Below the pieces are notes generated by a model, which ran no database searches, was not told the DNA's origin, and saw nothing but the letters and a program-made list of their open reading frames with translations. Of a stretch of 64,000 nt of DNA, positions 43,051 to 52,832 are shown one piece after another. The first letter of the stretch is position 1, and the number at the start of each line of letters is the position of its first letter. Source of the stretch: Candidatus Fervidifonticultor secundus (lineage in GTDB: Bacteria > Sysuimicrobiota > Sysuimicrobiia > Sysuimicrobiales > Humicultoraceae). Both the position numbers and the translations under genes were made by a program. The stretch lies in contig JAVKIP010000001.1 of NCBI GenBank assembly GCA_031459385.1, positions 192,001 to 256,000 of the forward strand. The letters run 5' to 3'.

Positions 43051-44313
43051 ATGCCGCCAGTGTCGCCTATGACGCTCACCGAGAAGATCATCGCCCGCGC
43101 GGCGGGGTTGCCGTCCGTGGTGCCCGGCGATGAGGTGTGGGCCAGCGTGGACCTGGCGGCCATGCACGACTCCTCGGGGCCGCGCCGCATCGCGCCGACG
43201 CTGGAGCGCCTGGGCGGCCGCCTGTGGGATCGCTCCCGGATCGTGTTGGCCGTCGACCACTTCACGCCGGCGGCGAACCTCCGCCACGCCGAGATCCTGG
43301 CCACCACCCGCGCGTGGGCCCGGGAGGCGGGCCTCCCGCACTTTTTCGACAGCGTGGGGGTCATGCACAACCTGCTGCTGGAGCAGGGCCTGGCGAAGCC
43401 GGGCACCCTGATCGTGGGGGCGGACTCCCACACGGTCACCGCCGGCGCCATCGGCGCGGTGGCGGTCGGTGTCGGAGCCACGGAACTGGCCACGGTGCTG
43501 GCCACCGGACAGATCTGGCTGAGGGTCCCGCCGACGGTGTTGATCCGCTTCGACGACGCCATGCCAGAGTACCTCACGGCCCGGGATCTCGCCATGGAAG
43601 TGCTGCGGGAACTCGGGGCGGACTTTGCCATCTACCGGGCCGTGGAGTACGCCGGCCAGGCGGTGGAGGCGCTGGATCTGGACGAGCGCGCCGTGCTCGC
43701 CAACCAGGCCATCGAGATGGGGGCGAAGAACGGCATCATCCCGCCCAGCGGGGCAGTTCTGCGGCGGTTTGACCGGGACGTGAGCACGACAGGCCTGCCG
43801 GTGGCGGGCGATCCCGGCTGCGCCCACGAGGCTGTTCACACCTTCAGGCTCTCATCGGTCCCGCCGCTGGTGGCTGCGCCGCCCGACGTGGATCGCGTGA
43901 TACCGGTGCAGGAGGCCGCGGGGCTTTGCCTGGACCGCGCGTACGTCGGGTCGTGCGTCGGAGGAAAGGCGAGGGACCTGCGCGAGGCGGCGCGCGTCCT
44001 CAGGGGAAAGCGGGTGAGGATTCCGCTGACGATCACGCCGGCCACGCAGCAGGTCGTCGTGGAGACCCTGCGCGACGGGACCCTGCAGGCGCTCATCGAG
44101 GCAGGGGCGGTCATCCAGGCCCCGGGATGCGGGGCGTGCGCGGGGCTGCACTCGGGGCTGCTCGGCCCAAAGGAACGGTGCGTCGCCACCGTCACGCGGA
44201 ACTACCCCGGCCGCATGGGCGATCCTACCGCGGAGATCTACCTGGCCTCGCCGCTGACCGTGGCGGCCTCCGCCCTGGCCGGGCGGCTGACCGATCCGAG
44301 AGAGGTCCTCTGA
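43051..44313 (+). CDS. Aconitase-family hydratase/isomerase large subunit (LeuC/DmdA/HacA-like, divergent)
   Basis: TLTEKII, AVDH, GADSHT, GSC and CGAC [4Fe-4S] ligands, RNYPGRMG, YLASP; start 43051 or 43069. Confidence 0.9.
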   Translation: MPPVSPMTLTEKIIARAAGLPSVVPGDEVWASVDLAAMHDSSGPRRIAPTLERLGGRLWDRSRIVLAVDHFTPAANLRHAEILATTRAWAREAGLPHFFDSVGVMHNLLLEQGLAKPGTLIVGADSHTVTAGAIGAVAVGVGATELATVLATGQIWLRVPPTVLIRFDDAMPEYLTARDLAMEVLRELGADFAIYRAVEYAGQAVEALDLDERAVLANQAIEMGAKNGIIPPSGAVLRRFDRDVSTTGLPVAGDPGCAHEAVHTFRLSSVPPLVAAPPDVDRVIPVQEAAGLCLDRAYVGSCVGGKARDLREAARVLRGKRVRIPLTITPATQQVVVETLRDGTLQALIEAGAVIQAPGCGACAGLHSGLLGPKERCVATVTRNYPGRMGDPTAEIYLASPLTVAASALAGRLTDPREVL

Positions 44314-44822
44314 TGCGGTCGGTCCTCGAAGGATGCGCCTGGGTGTTCGGAGATCACGTGAACACCGACCAGATCCTGCCCGGCCGCTTCCTGGACCGGC
44401 CGGCCGAGGAGGCGGGCCGGTACGCGCTCACGGGGCTGGACGCGACCTTCCCCGAGCGGGTGGCGCCGGGAGACTTGGTGGTGGCCGGGGTCAACTTCGG
44501 GTGCGGGTCGAGCCGGGAGACCGCGGTCCTGGCGCTGCAGCAGGCGGGCGTGTCGGCGGTCATCGCGCGGTCGTTCGCGCGCATCTTCTTCCGCAACGCC
44601 ATCAATAACGGCCTCCCCGCCGTCATCGTCGGCGACACCGCAGGCATCGGCCAGGGCGATCGGCTCAGGCTCGATCTGTCGGCCAGGACCGTGACCAACC
44701 TGACCACGGGCGCGGTGCTCCCCGTAGAGAACCTCGCCGGCACGTCCCTGGAGATCCTCCGGCACGGCGGGATCGTCGCCTACACGCTGGCCAGGATCGG
44801 CCAGCGCGGAGGACAGCCGTGA
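44313..44822 (+). CDS. Aconitase-family small (swivel) subunit (LeuD/DmdB-like)
   Basis: VNTDQILPGRF, NFGCGSSRE, SFARIFFRNAINNG. Confidence 0.95.
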   Translation: MRSVLEGCAWVFGDHVNTDQILPGRFLDRPAEEAGRYALTGLDATFPERVAPGDLVVAGVNFGCGSSRETAVLALQQAGVSAVIARSFARIFFRNAINNGLPAVIVGDTAGIGQGDRLRLDLSARTVTNLTTGAVLPVENLAGTSLEILRHGGIVAYTLARIGQRGGQP

Positions 44823-45706
44823 CGGCGGCCTCCCTGCGGCCGTCAACCCGGCTGCGCCACCGGCTGCATACCCCGGCCATCGTCATCGCGCCAGGAGCCC
44901 ACGACGCGCTGACGGCGCGGATCATCGAACGCGCGGGCTTCGAGGCGGTGTACTTCACCGGCGCCGGCTTCTCCTACACCCACCTCGGGGCCCCCGACCT
45001 GGGCCTGGTCAGCCTGACCGAGACGGTCTGGCGCCTGGCCGCGGTGGTGGAGGCGACGGCGCTGCCCGTCATCGCCGACGCGGAGACCGGGTACGGCAAT
45101 GCGCTCGCGCTGCCCCGGACCATGCGGGAGTTCGAGCGGGCCGGCGCCGCGGCGATCCAGCTGGAAGACCAGGTCGCCCCCAAGCGGTGCGGGCACCTGG
45201 TCGGCAAGGCCGTGATTCCCACCGACGAGATGGTCGGAAAGATCCGGGCTGCCGTCGACGGCCGGCAGGATCCCGATCTGCTCATTATCGCCCGCACCGA
45301 CGCCCGGGCCGTGATGGGCCTCGACGCCGCCATCGAGCGGGCGCATCGGTACCGGGAGGCGGGGGCCGACGTTCTGTTTGTGGAAGCGCCTGCGACCAGG
45401 GACGAACTGACCCGCATCGCCCGCGAGCTGGCCCCGCCGGTGATGGCCAACATGGTGGAGGGCGGGACGACGCCGCTGTGCAGCGCCGCGGAACTGGAGG
45501 CGATGGGCTATCGGCTCGTCATCTTCCCCGGGGCGGCGGTCCGCGCGGCCGCGGCGGCCATCATGCGGTTGATGGGGGCCTTGAAGCAGCAGGGCACGAC
45601 CGCAGGGATGCTGGATGAGATGCTCTCCTTCCAGGAGCTCAACGACCTGGTGGGGCTGCAGACGTACCGACGGCTCGAGGAGCGCTACCTGCCCCGGCAA
45701 CGCTGA
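44819..45706 (+). CDS. Isocitrate lyase/PEP mutase superfamily C-C lyase (2,3-dimethylmalate lyase/PrpB-like)
   Basis: PDLGL, ADAETGYG, EDQVAPKRCGH, ARTDA, ANMVEGG.TP. Confidence 0.9.
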   Translation: MTAASLRPSTRLRHRLHTPAIVIAPGAHDALTARIIERAGFEAVYFTGAGFSYTHLGAPDLGLVSLTETVWRLAAVVEATALPVIADAETGYGNALALPRTMREFERAGAAAIQLEDQVAPKRCGHLVGKAVIPTDEMVGKIRAAVDGRQDPDLLIIARTDARAVMGLDAAIERAHRYREAGADVLFVEAPATRDELTRIARELAPPVMANMVEGGTTPLCSAAELEAMGYRLVIFPGAAVRAAAAAIMRLMGALKQQGTTAGMLDEMLSFQELNDLVGLQTYRRLEERYLPRQR

Positions 45707-45727
45707 AGGGGGGTGAGGTCGGCCAAC

Positions 45728-46531
45728 ATGCCGCGACAGCCGTCCGCGAGCGTCCGCAGCGTCGAACGGGCGCTGGACGTCCTGCTCTGCTTCGATTTCG
45801 AATCCCCGCGCCTGGGCGTCAGCGAGATCGCCCGGCGCCTCGGCCTGTCCAAGGGCACCGTGCACCGCCTGCTGGTGGCCCTGGAGCGCCGCGGATTCGT
45901 CCGGCAGGATCCCGCCACCGGCGCCTACACCCCCGGGCTCCAGCTCTTCCGCCTGGGACGGGTGGTGCAGAACGGCATGGAGTTGCGCGCGCAGGCCCTG
46001 CCCGTCATGCGGGAGCTCCAGGGCCAAAGCGGGGAGACGGTCAACCTCAACATCGTGGTCGGCCGGCACCGGGTCTGCGTCGAGAAGGTGGAGAGCCGGC
46101 ACGACGTCCGCCATTTCGTCGAGATCGGGAAACCGCTCCCGCTGCACCTGGGCGCCTCGGGGAAAGTGCTGCTGGCGCACCTCCCCCCGCAGGAGGTCGC
46201 CGCGGTCATCCGGGAGGCCCGGCGGTGGCCCGGCAGCCCCCGGGCCAAACTCGCCGCCCTCCCCCGCCAACTCGCGGAGATCCGCCAGCGCGGCTATGCC
46301 TGGGGGATCAGCGAGCGGGTGCCCGGCGCGTTCTCCGTGAGCGCGCCGATCCGCAACGATACGGGCGAGGTCGTCGCCGGGCTGACCATCTCGGGGCCGG
46401 TGCTCCGGCTGGCCAAGGGGGACATCCCCCGGTTCGCCAGGATGGTCGTGCGGGCTGCGGCCGAGATTTCGGCGTCGCTGGGCTTTCTGGCCGGGGAGCG
46501 CCCCGGCAGGAGTTCGGGGGCGCGGCGATGA
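45728..46531 (+). CDS. IclR family transcriptional regulator
   Basis: SVERALDVL, LSKGTVHRLL, GETVNL, GASGKVLLA, SVSAPI; alternative start 45713. Confidence 0.95.
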   Translation: MPRQPSASVRSVERALDVLLCFDFESPRLGVSEIARRLGLSKGTVHRLLVALERRGFVRQDPATGAYTPGLQLFRLGRVVQNGMELRAQALPVMRELQGQSGETVNLNIVVGRHRVCVEKVESRHDVRHFVEIGKPLPLHLGASGKVLLAHLPPQEVAAVIREARRWPGSPRAKLAALPRQLAEIRQRGYAWGISERVPGAFSVSAPIRNDTGEVVAGLTISGPVLRLAKGDIPRFARMVVRAAAEISASLGFLAGERPGRSSGARR

Positions 46532-46550
46532 AGACGGCGGCGCCGGATCC

Positions 46551-46578
46551 GAAACGTCGTTCTGGTGTACGGAACAAC
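46551..46578 (+). promoter_or_regulatory. Candidate IclR operator 2 (GAAACG-N2-GTTC-N9-GAAC)
   Basis: Same spacing and flanks as the 43021 motif; lies upstream of the SBP gene. Confidence 0.6.
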
Positions 46579-46622
46579 ACGGCGTGGACGGTCTGCGCCA
46601 CGCTGCAAAGGGGGATACGGCC

Positions 46623-47861
46623 ATGAGCAAGCTCACGCGCAGGGAGTTCGTGAAACGGTCGGCTATGCTGGGCGGGGCGGCGGCGCTGACCACTGTGCCG
46701 CAGTGGGCCATCCGCGCCGCGGAAGCCGCCACGCCCGCGGAGGTGAAGATCGGCCACCTCCACCCTCTCTCCGGCGGGCTCGCGCTGGAGGGAGGCGAGA
46801 TGCGCGATGCGATCCTGCTGGCCGCCGACGACGTGAACCGTGCCGGCGGCATCAGGTCACTGGGCGGTGCCAGGGTCACCGTCGTGCACGGGAACACCGA
46901 GGGCTCCCCGGACAAAGGCGCGGCGGAGGCCGAGCGCCTCATCGGCGAAGGCGTCGTCGGGTTGCTGGGAGCCTACCAGAGCGCGGTGGCGTTCGTGACC
47001 ACCCAGGTGGCCGAGCGCCGGCGCATCCCCTACGTCATCACCGTGGCGGTGGCCGACGAGATCCTCGAACGCGGCTTCACCTACTCCTTCCGGGTCCAGC
47101 CCAACTCTACGGCCATGGCCCAGTACGCCGTTGAGTACCTCACCACCCTGGGCAAGATGACCCGCACCCCGGTTCACACCATTACCATCATGCACGAGTC
47201 CAGCATCTTCGGCGTCTCCATCGGCGACCGGCTGGTCCGGTTTGCCGGCCCCGCGGGGCTGCGGATCCTGGAGCGCATCGTCTATCCCACGGCGACCGCC
47301 GACGTCACGACCGAGTGCACCAAGGTGCGGGCGGCGAACCCTGATGTGGCCATCTTCACCGGGTACTTCCGGGATGGTGTGCTGGTCGCGCGCACGATCC
47401 GCGAGGTCGGCCTGCGGGCCAAGGCGATCATGGGCGTCGCCAATGGCGCCTTCAGCCATCCCAGGTTCTCCGGCGAGGCCGGTCCCCTGGCCAGCGAGAA
47501 CGTCATGGACGCCAACTATTACTACAACCCGGTCAACCCCCGGACCCGCGGCGTCTTTCGGGCCTACCGGGAGCGGTTCAATCGCGACATGTCCACCCAC
47601 GCGGTGTACGCGTACGCGGCGACCCGCGTGCTGCTCGACGCCATCGAGCGGGCCGGAGCGGTGGATCCGACGAAGATCCGCGCTGCCCTGGCTGAGACCA
47701 ACATGCGGGACCACATCCTCCCGCAGGCGGAGATCAAGTTCGACAGCAAGGGGGAGAACGTGAACGCCCGCCCGGTGCTGCTGCAGGTGCGCGGCGGAAC
47801 CCCGCGCGTGATCCTCCCGGAGCGCTACGGTGAGATGACACCGGTCTTCCCGGCGATGTGA
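46623..47861 (+). CDS. Liv-type ABC substrate-binding protein with Tat signal
   Basis: LTRREFVK, KIGHLHPLSG, NRAGGI, GAYQS, FRVQP. Confidence 0.9.
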   Translation: MSKLTRREFVKRSAMLGGAAALTTVPQWAIRAAEAATPAEVKIGHLHPLSGGLALEGGEMRDAILLAADDVNRAGGIRSLGGARVTVVHGNTEGSPDKGAAEAERLIGEGVVGLLGAYQSAVAFVTTQVAERRRIPYVITVAVADEILERGFTYSFRVQPNSTAMAQYAVEYLTTLGKMTRTPVHTITIMHESSIFGVSIGDRLVRFAGPAGLRILERIVYPTATADVTTECTKVRAANPDVAIFTGYFRDGVLVARTIREVGLRAKAIMGVANGAFSHPRFSGEAGPLASENVMDANYYYNPVNPRTRGVFRAYRERFNRDMSTHAVYAYAATRVLLDAIERAGAVDPTKIRAALAETNMRDHILPQAEIKFDSKGENVNARPVLLQVRGGTPRVILPERYGEMTPVFPAM

Positions 47862-47906
47862 CGGTGCGGGGCGCACTCCCTCACCGCGCCCTCCCGGGGT
47901 AGTCCC

Positions 47907-48779
47907 GTGCTGCTCCTGCTGGGCCAGGCGGCGGTCACCGGCCTGCTCACCGGGGCGGTCTACGCCCTGGTGGCCGTCGGGCTCACCCTTATCTTCGGCG
48001 TGATGCGTGTGGTGAACTTCGCCCACGGCGCGCTGCTCATGCTGGGGATGTATGCGGCCTACTGGTCCCACGTGCTCCTGGGCGTCAACCCGTACCTCTC
48101 GCTGCCGGTCACCTTCATTTTGCTGTTCGCGCTGGGAGCCGTCATGCAGCGAGGGCTCCTGCAGCCGATCCTGGCGGCTCCCCAGCACAACCAGCTGCTC
48201 CTCACGCTTGGGGTGATGTTGATCATCGAGAACCTGGCGCTCTTCCTGTGGAGCCCCGACTTCCGGACGCTGCGCATCGGATGGCTGGAGGGGGCCGTTC
48301 CGCTGGGCGGGCTGCTGCTCAACAAACCCCGGCTGATCGCCTTCGTCGGCGCCCTGGTGCTCACCGCGGCGCTGTATCTCTTCCTCACCTTCACCGAGCT
48401 GGGGCGTGCCATCCGGGCGACCGCGCAGGATCGGACCGGCGCGTCCCTGGTGGGGGTGAACGTGACGCGGATCAACACCCTGACCTTCGGGCTGGGGGCG
48501 GCCTGCGCGGGGGTGGCCGGGGCGCTCATCGCCCCCTACCTGTACACGGCACCCCAGGTCGGGCACGTCTTCCTGCTCTACGGCTTCGTCGTGGTCGTCC
48601 TGGGGGGCCTGGGGAGCTTCACCGGCGCGCTGGCCGGCGGGCTCCTGATCGGGATCGGCGAGTCATTGGGGGCCGCGCTGCTTCCCGGATCGCTCAAGGA
48701 ACTGGTGGTCTACATCGTCTTCATCCTCGTGCTGCTGTTCCGCCCCACCGGGCTCTTTGGGGTCCCCCACCGTGGGTGA
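47907..48779 (+). CDS. livH: Branched-chain amino acid ABC permease
   Basis: YALVAVGLTLIFGVMRVVNFAHG, GRAIRA, LGGLGS. Confidence 0.9.
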   Translation: MLLLLGQAAVTGLLTGAVYALVAVGLTLIFGVMRVVNFAHGALLMLGMYAAYWSHVLLGVNPYLSLPVTFILLFALGAVMQRGLLQPILAAPQHNQLLLTLGVMLIIENLALFLWSPDFRTLRIGWLEGAVPLGGLLLNKPRLIAFVGALVLTAALYLFLTFTELGRAIRATAQDRTGASLVGVNVTRINTLTFGLGAACAGVAGALIAPYLYTAPQVGHVFLLYGFVVVVLGGLGSFTGALAGGLLIGIGESLGAALLPGSLKELVVYIVFILVLLFRPTGLFGVPHRG

Positions 48780-49767
48780 GGCGCCCGTTTCGGTCCGGAC
48801 CCTTTCAGCGGTCCCGAAGGTCCCCCTGGCGCTCGGCGGCCTGGTGCTGGCCGCCCTCGTATTGGGGGCGCCGCTGGTGGCCACACCCTACCTCCTGCGC
48901 ATCCTCATCATGACCTTCTACGGAGCCTACCTGGCCCAGAGTTGGAACCTCGTGGGCGGGTACGCCGGACAGTTCTCCTTCGGCCACGCAACGTTCTTCG
49001 GGCTGGGGGCGTACACCACGGCACTCCTCTTCGCCAAGGGCGGGATCAGCCCGTGGCTGGGGATGTTGGTCGGGGCCATCCTGGCCGCCGGGGCAGGCGT
49101 GTTCATCGGGTTCCTCAGTTTCCGCTACGGCCTGCGGGGGCCGTATTTCGCCCTCGTCACCCTGGCCTTCGCCGAGGTCTGCCGCATCGCCGTGACCAAC
49201 TGGCGGGCCCTGGGTGGCGGCATGGGGGTCCTGATCCCGCTCCGCCAGTCCCCGTGGACCCTCCAGTTTTCGGAACCCGCGGCGTACTACTACATCATCG
49301 TGACGATGACCGCGGGCATCTCGATGCTGGCGCTGGTGCTGGAGCGCTCCCGCCTGGGCGTCTTCATGGAGGCCGTCCGCGAGGACGCCGATGCGGCGGA
49401 GGCCCTGGGCGTGGACACGACCCGCACGCGCCTGACCGCCATGGGGCTCAGCGCCTTCTGCACGGCCCTGGCGGGCACGTTCTACGTGCAGTTCTTCTCC
49501 TATGTGGACCCCCACCTGGCCTTCGGCATCGACGTCTCCATCGCGGCCATCCTGCCCAACATCATCGGCGGCACCGGCACGGCGCTGGGACCGCTGGCCG
49601 GGAGCGCCATCCTCATCCCGCTCGGCGAATGGATGCGGGCCTACCTGGGCGGCTACCGCGGCGTCCACCTGATGATCTACGGGGCCATCCTGGTGGTGGC
49701 CATCATCTTCCTCCCTCGCGGTCTCGTGGGGGCGATCCGGCGCTGGTGGGGGAACAGGACGCCATGA
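48772..49767 (+). CDS. livM: Branched-chain amino acid ABC permease
   Basis: WNLVGGYAGQFSFGHA, GPYFALVTLAFAE, AVREDADAAEALGV. Confidence 0.9.
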   Translation: MGEAPVSVRTLSAVPKVPLALGGLVLAALVLGAPLVATPYLLRILIMTFYGAYLAQSWNLVGGYAGQFSFGHATFFGLGAYTTALLFAKGGISPWLGMLVGAILAAGAGVFIGFLSFRYGLRGPYFALVTLAFAEVCRIAVTNWRALGGGMGVLIPLRQSPWTLQFSEPAAYYYIIVTMTAGISMLALVLERSRLGVFMEAVREDADAAEALGVDTTRTRLTAMGLSAFCTALAGTFYVQFFSYVDPHLAFGIDVSIAAILPNIIGGTGTALGPLAGSAILIPLGEWMRAYLGGYRGVHLMIYGAILVVAIIFLPRGLVGAIRRWWGNRTP

Positions 49768-50481
49768 GTCTGCTGGCGGCGCGTGGCCTGGTGAAGCGGT
49801 TCGGTGGCCTGGTCGCCGTCAACCGGGTCAGCCTGCACGTGGAGGCGGGGGAGATCGTGGGCCTGATCGGCCCCAACGGCGCCGGCAAGACCACCGTCTT
49901 CAACCTCCTCTCCGGATTTCTCCGGCCCGACGAAGGGTCGGTGCGCCTCGACGGGCGCGAGCTGGTGGGCCGGCGCCCCTTTGAGATCTGCCGCCTCGGG
50001 CTGGTCCGGACGTTTCAGATCGTCCGGCCCTTCGCCGACCTCCCGGTGCTGCGCAACGTCATGGTCGGCGCATGGGCCCGTGCCTCCGAGTCCAGGGCCG
50101 CGCGTGGGATCGCCGAGGAGTGCCTGGCGTTCGTCGGACTGTCGGACAAGGGCGCGGTGCCGGCCCGCGACCTGACCATCAGCGAGCAACGACGCCTGGA
50201 GGTGGCGCGCGCGCTGGCCACCCGGCCCCGGCTGCTCCTCCTGGACGAAGTGATGGCCGGGTTGAACCCGCACGAGGTCGAGGTGATGAGCGATCTGCTG
50301 CGCCAGCTGGTCGGCCGCGGGATCACGCTGCTGCTCATCGAGCACGTCATGCGCGCGGTGATGCGCACCTGCCACCGCGTCATGGTCCTCCACCACGGCG
50401 AGAAGGTCGCCGACGGGCCGCCGGCGCAGGTGGCCCAGGATCGCCAGGTAATCGACGCCTACCTGGGAGAGGCGGCGTTGC

Positions 50482-50489
<8 letters not shown>
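49764..50489 (+). CDS. livG: Branched-chain amino acid ABC ATP-binding protein
   Basis: KRFGGLVAV, GPNGAGKTT, RTFQ, LLDE, IEH, VIDAYLG. Confidence 0.95.
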
Positions 50490-51186
<697 letters not shown>

Positions 51187-51189
51187 GCG

Positions 51190-52560
51190 ATGCGGTGGGA
51201 TGCCGAGACCGACGCGGTCGTGGTCGGGGCAGGCGCATGCGGACTGGCTGCCTCGCTGACGTTGGCCCAGGAGGGCTGCGACGTCGTGCTGCTCGAGAAG
51301 GGCCGGCGCATCGGCGGGAACACCGCGATCAGCACCGCGATGATCCCCGCCGCGGCCTCGCGGCAGCAGCGCGACCTGGGCATCCGGGACTCACCCGAGC
51401 AGATGGCCTCGGACATTTTGACCAAGGCGGGGCCCGGGGCGGATCGGGATCACGTCCTGGAACTCTGCCGGCGGTCGGCTGAACTCGTCGACTGGCTGAT
51501 CGATGCCGGCGTGCCGCTGCGGCTGGTGACCGATTTCCTCTACACAGGCCAGTCGGTCCCGCGCTTCCACGCTCCGCCCTCGCGCCAGGGGAAGGATCTG
51601 GTAGTCCCGCTGGGCGATGCCGTCGCCGCCACCGGCCGGGTGACCGTGGTTACCTCGGCGCCGGTGCACCGGCTCATCGTCGATGACGCCGGCGCGGTCG
51701 TCGGCGTCGAGGCCGGCGAGATGCACGAGCGGATCGGCGCGCGCTCCGTCGTGCTCGCCGCCTGCGGGTTCGGCGGCAACCCCGAGATGGTCGGCACCTA
51801 CTGTCCGGAGATCGCCGGGGCCCTCTACTTCGGCGAACGGACCGTGACCGGAGACGCGATTCGCTGGGGCATGGCGCTGGGGGCAGAGACCCGCTGCATG
51901 GACGCCTATCAGGGCCACGGCACCGTGGCAATCCCCCACGGCGTCCTGTTGAGCTGGGCCGCGGTCGAGAAGGGCGGGTGCCTCGTCAACGTCCAGGGGG
52001 TGCGCTTCGCCAACGAGGACCTCGGCTACAGCACCTTCGGAGCCCTGGTGATGCGCCAGCCGGAGGGGCTGGCGTTCGTGATCTTCGACAGCCGCATCGA
52101 CGCGGAGATGACATCCCACGACCAGAACTACCGGGAACTGGACGCCCTGGCCGGCATCCGCCGCGCGGGATCGTTGGCCGACCTGGCTGACCGGCTGGGG
52201 CTGCCGGGGCCAGCCCTCACCCGCACAGTTGAGGCGCTCAACGCCGGCCTCCAGGCAGGGTGCGACCCGCTGGGCCGCTCGCCCGGACAGCGTCGGCCGC
52301 TGGAAGCACCTTACTGCGGGGTGAAGGTCACCGGGGCGCTGTTCCACACCCAGGGCGGGTTGGCCATCGACACCGCGGGCCGGGTGCTGCGTCCGGGCGG
52401 ACGGCCGGTCGTCAATCTCTTCGCCGGCGGCGGCAGCGCCGTGGGCATCTCGGGCCACGGCGCCGCCGGGTACTCGCCCGGCAACGGGTTGCTGACCGCG
52501 CTGGGATGGGGCCGCATCGCGGGCCTGACCGCCGCCCGCCAGGTCCGGAGGGGAGCATGA
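51190..52560 (+). CDS. FAD-dependent oxidoreductase (fumarate reductase/flavocytochrome c/TcuA-like flavoprotein family)
   Basis: VVGAGACG, GGNT, LAACGFGGN, RFANE, FHTQGGL, NLFAGG, GNGL. Confidence 0.85.
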   Translation: MRWDAETDAVVVGAGACGLAASLTLAQEGCDVVLLEKGRRIGGNTAISTAMIPAAASRQQRDLGIRDSPEQMASDILTKAGPGADRDHVLELCRRSAELVDWLIDAGVPLRLVTDFLYTGQSVPRFHAPPSRQGKDLVVPLGDAVAATGRVTVVTSAPVHRLIVDDAGAVVGVEAGEMHERIGARSVVLAACGFGGNPEMVGTYCPEIAGALYFGERTVTGDAIRWGMALGAETRCMDAYQGHGTVAIPHGVLLSWAAVEKGGCLVNVQGVRFANEDLGYSTFGALVMRQPEGLAFVIFDSRIDAEMTSHDQNYRELDALAGIRRAGSLADLADRLGLPGPALTRTVEALNAGLQAGCDPLGRSPGQRRPLEAPYCGVKVTGALFHTQGGLAIDTAGRVLRPGGRPVVNLFAGGGSAVGISGHGAAGYSPGNGLLTALGWGRIAGLTAARQVRRGA

Positions 52561-52797
52561 CGCCGGAAGCGCAGCTCGCGGCGTTCGCGTGCACGCTGCG
52601 GCCCGCCCACCTGCCCGGGCCGGTCGCTGCGCGCGCGGCTGGTGGTGATCGACACGCTCAGTTCGATCATCGATGGGATGCTCACCATCCTGCTGGCTGT
52701 GGCCGGGACCGGCCTGCTGGCTGCCTTCGGTCTGGGGCGCCTGGCGGGGCGCGGCGCCGCCGGGGCCGCAGACCGGCTCGAGGCGCAGGCGGAGTGA
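52557..52797 (+). pseudogene. MmgE/PrpD N-terminal relic, frameshifted and fused to a hydrophobic C-terminal fragment of another gene
   Basis: MTPEAQLAAFACTLRPAHLPGPVAARA, then frameshift to RLVVIDTLSSIIDGM, then LTILLAVAGTGLLAAFGLGR..stop 52797; ATGA overlap and GGAG RBS. Confidence 0.65.
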
Positions 52798-52832
52798 GGC
52801 GAGGGAGACCGATCAGGGAGGGGTGAGCAGCC

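Noticed and set aside
43051..44822. Annotation as leucine-biosynthetic leuC/leuD
   Set aside because: No leuA/leuB, altered active-site motifs and a catabolic context with lyase, IclR and importer
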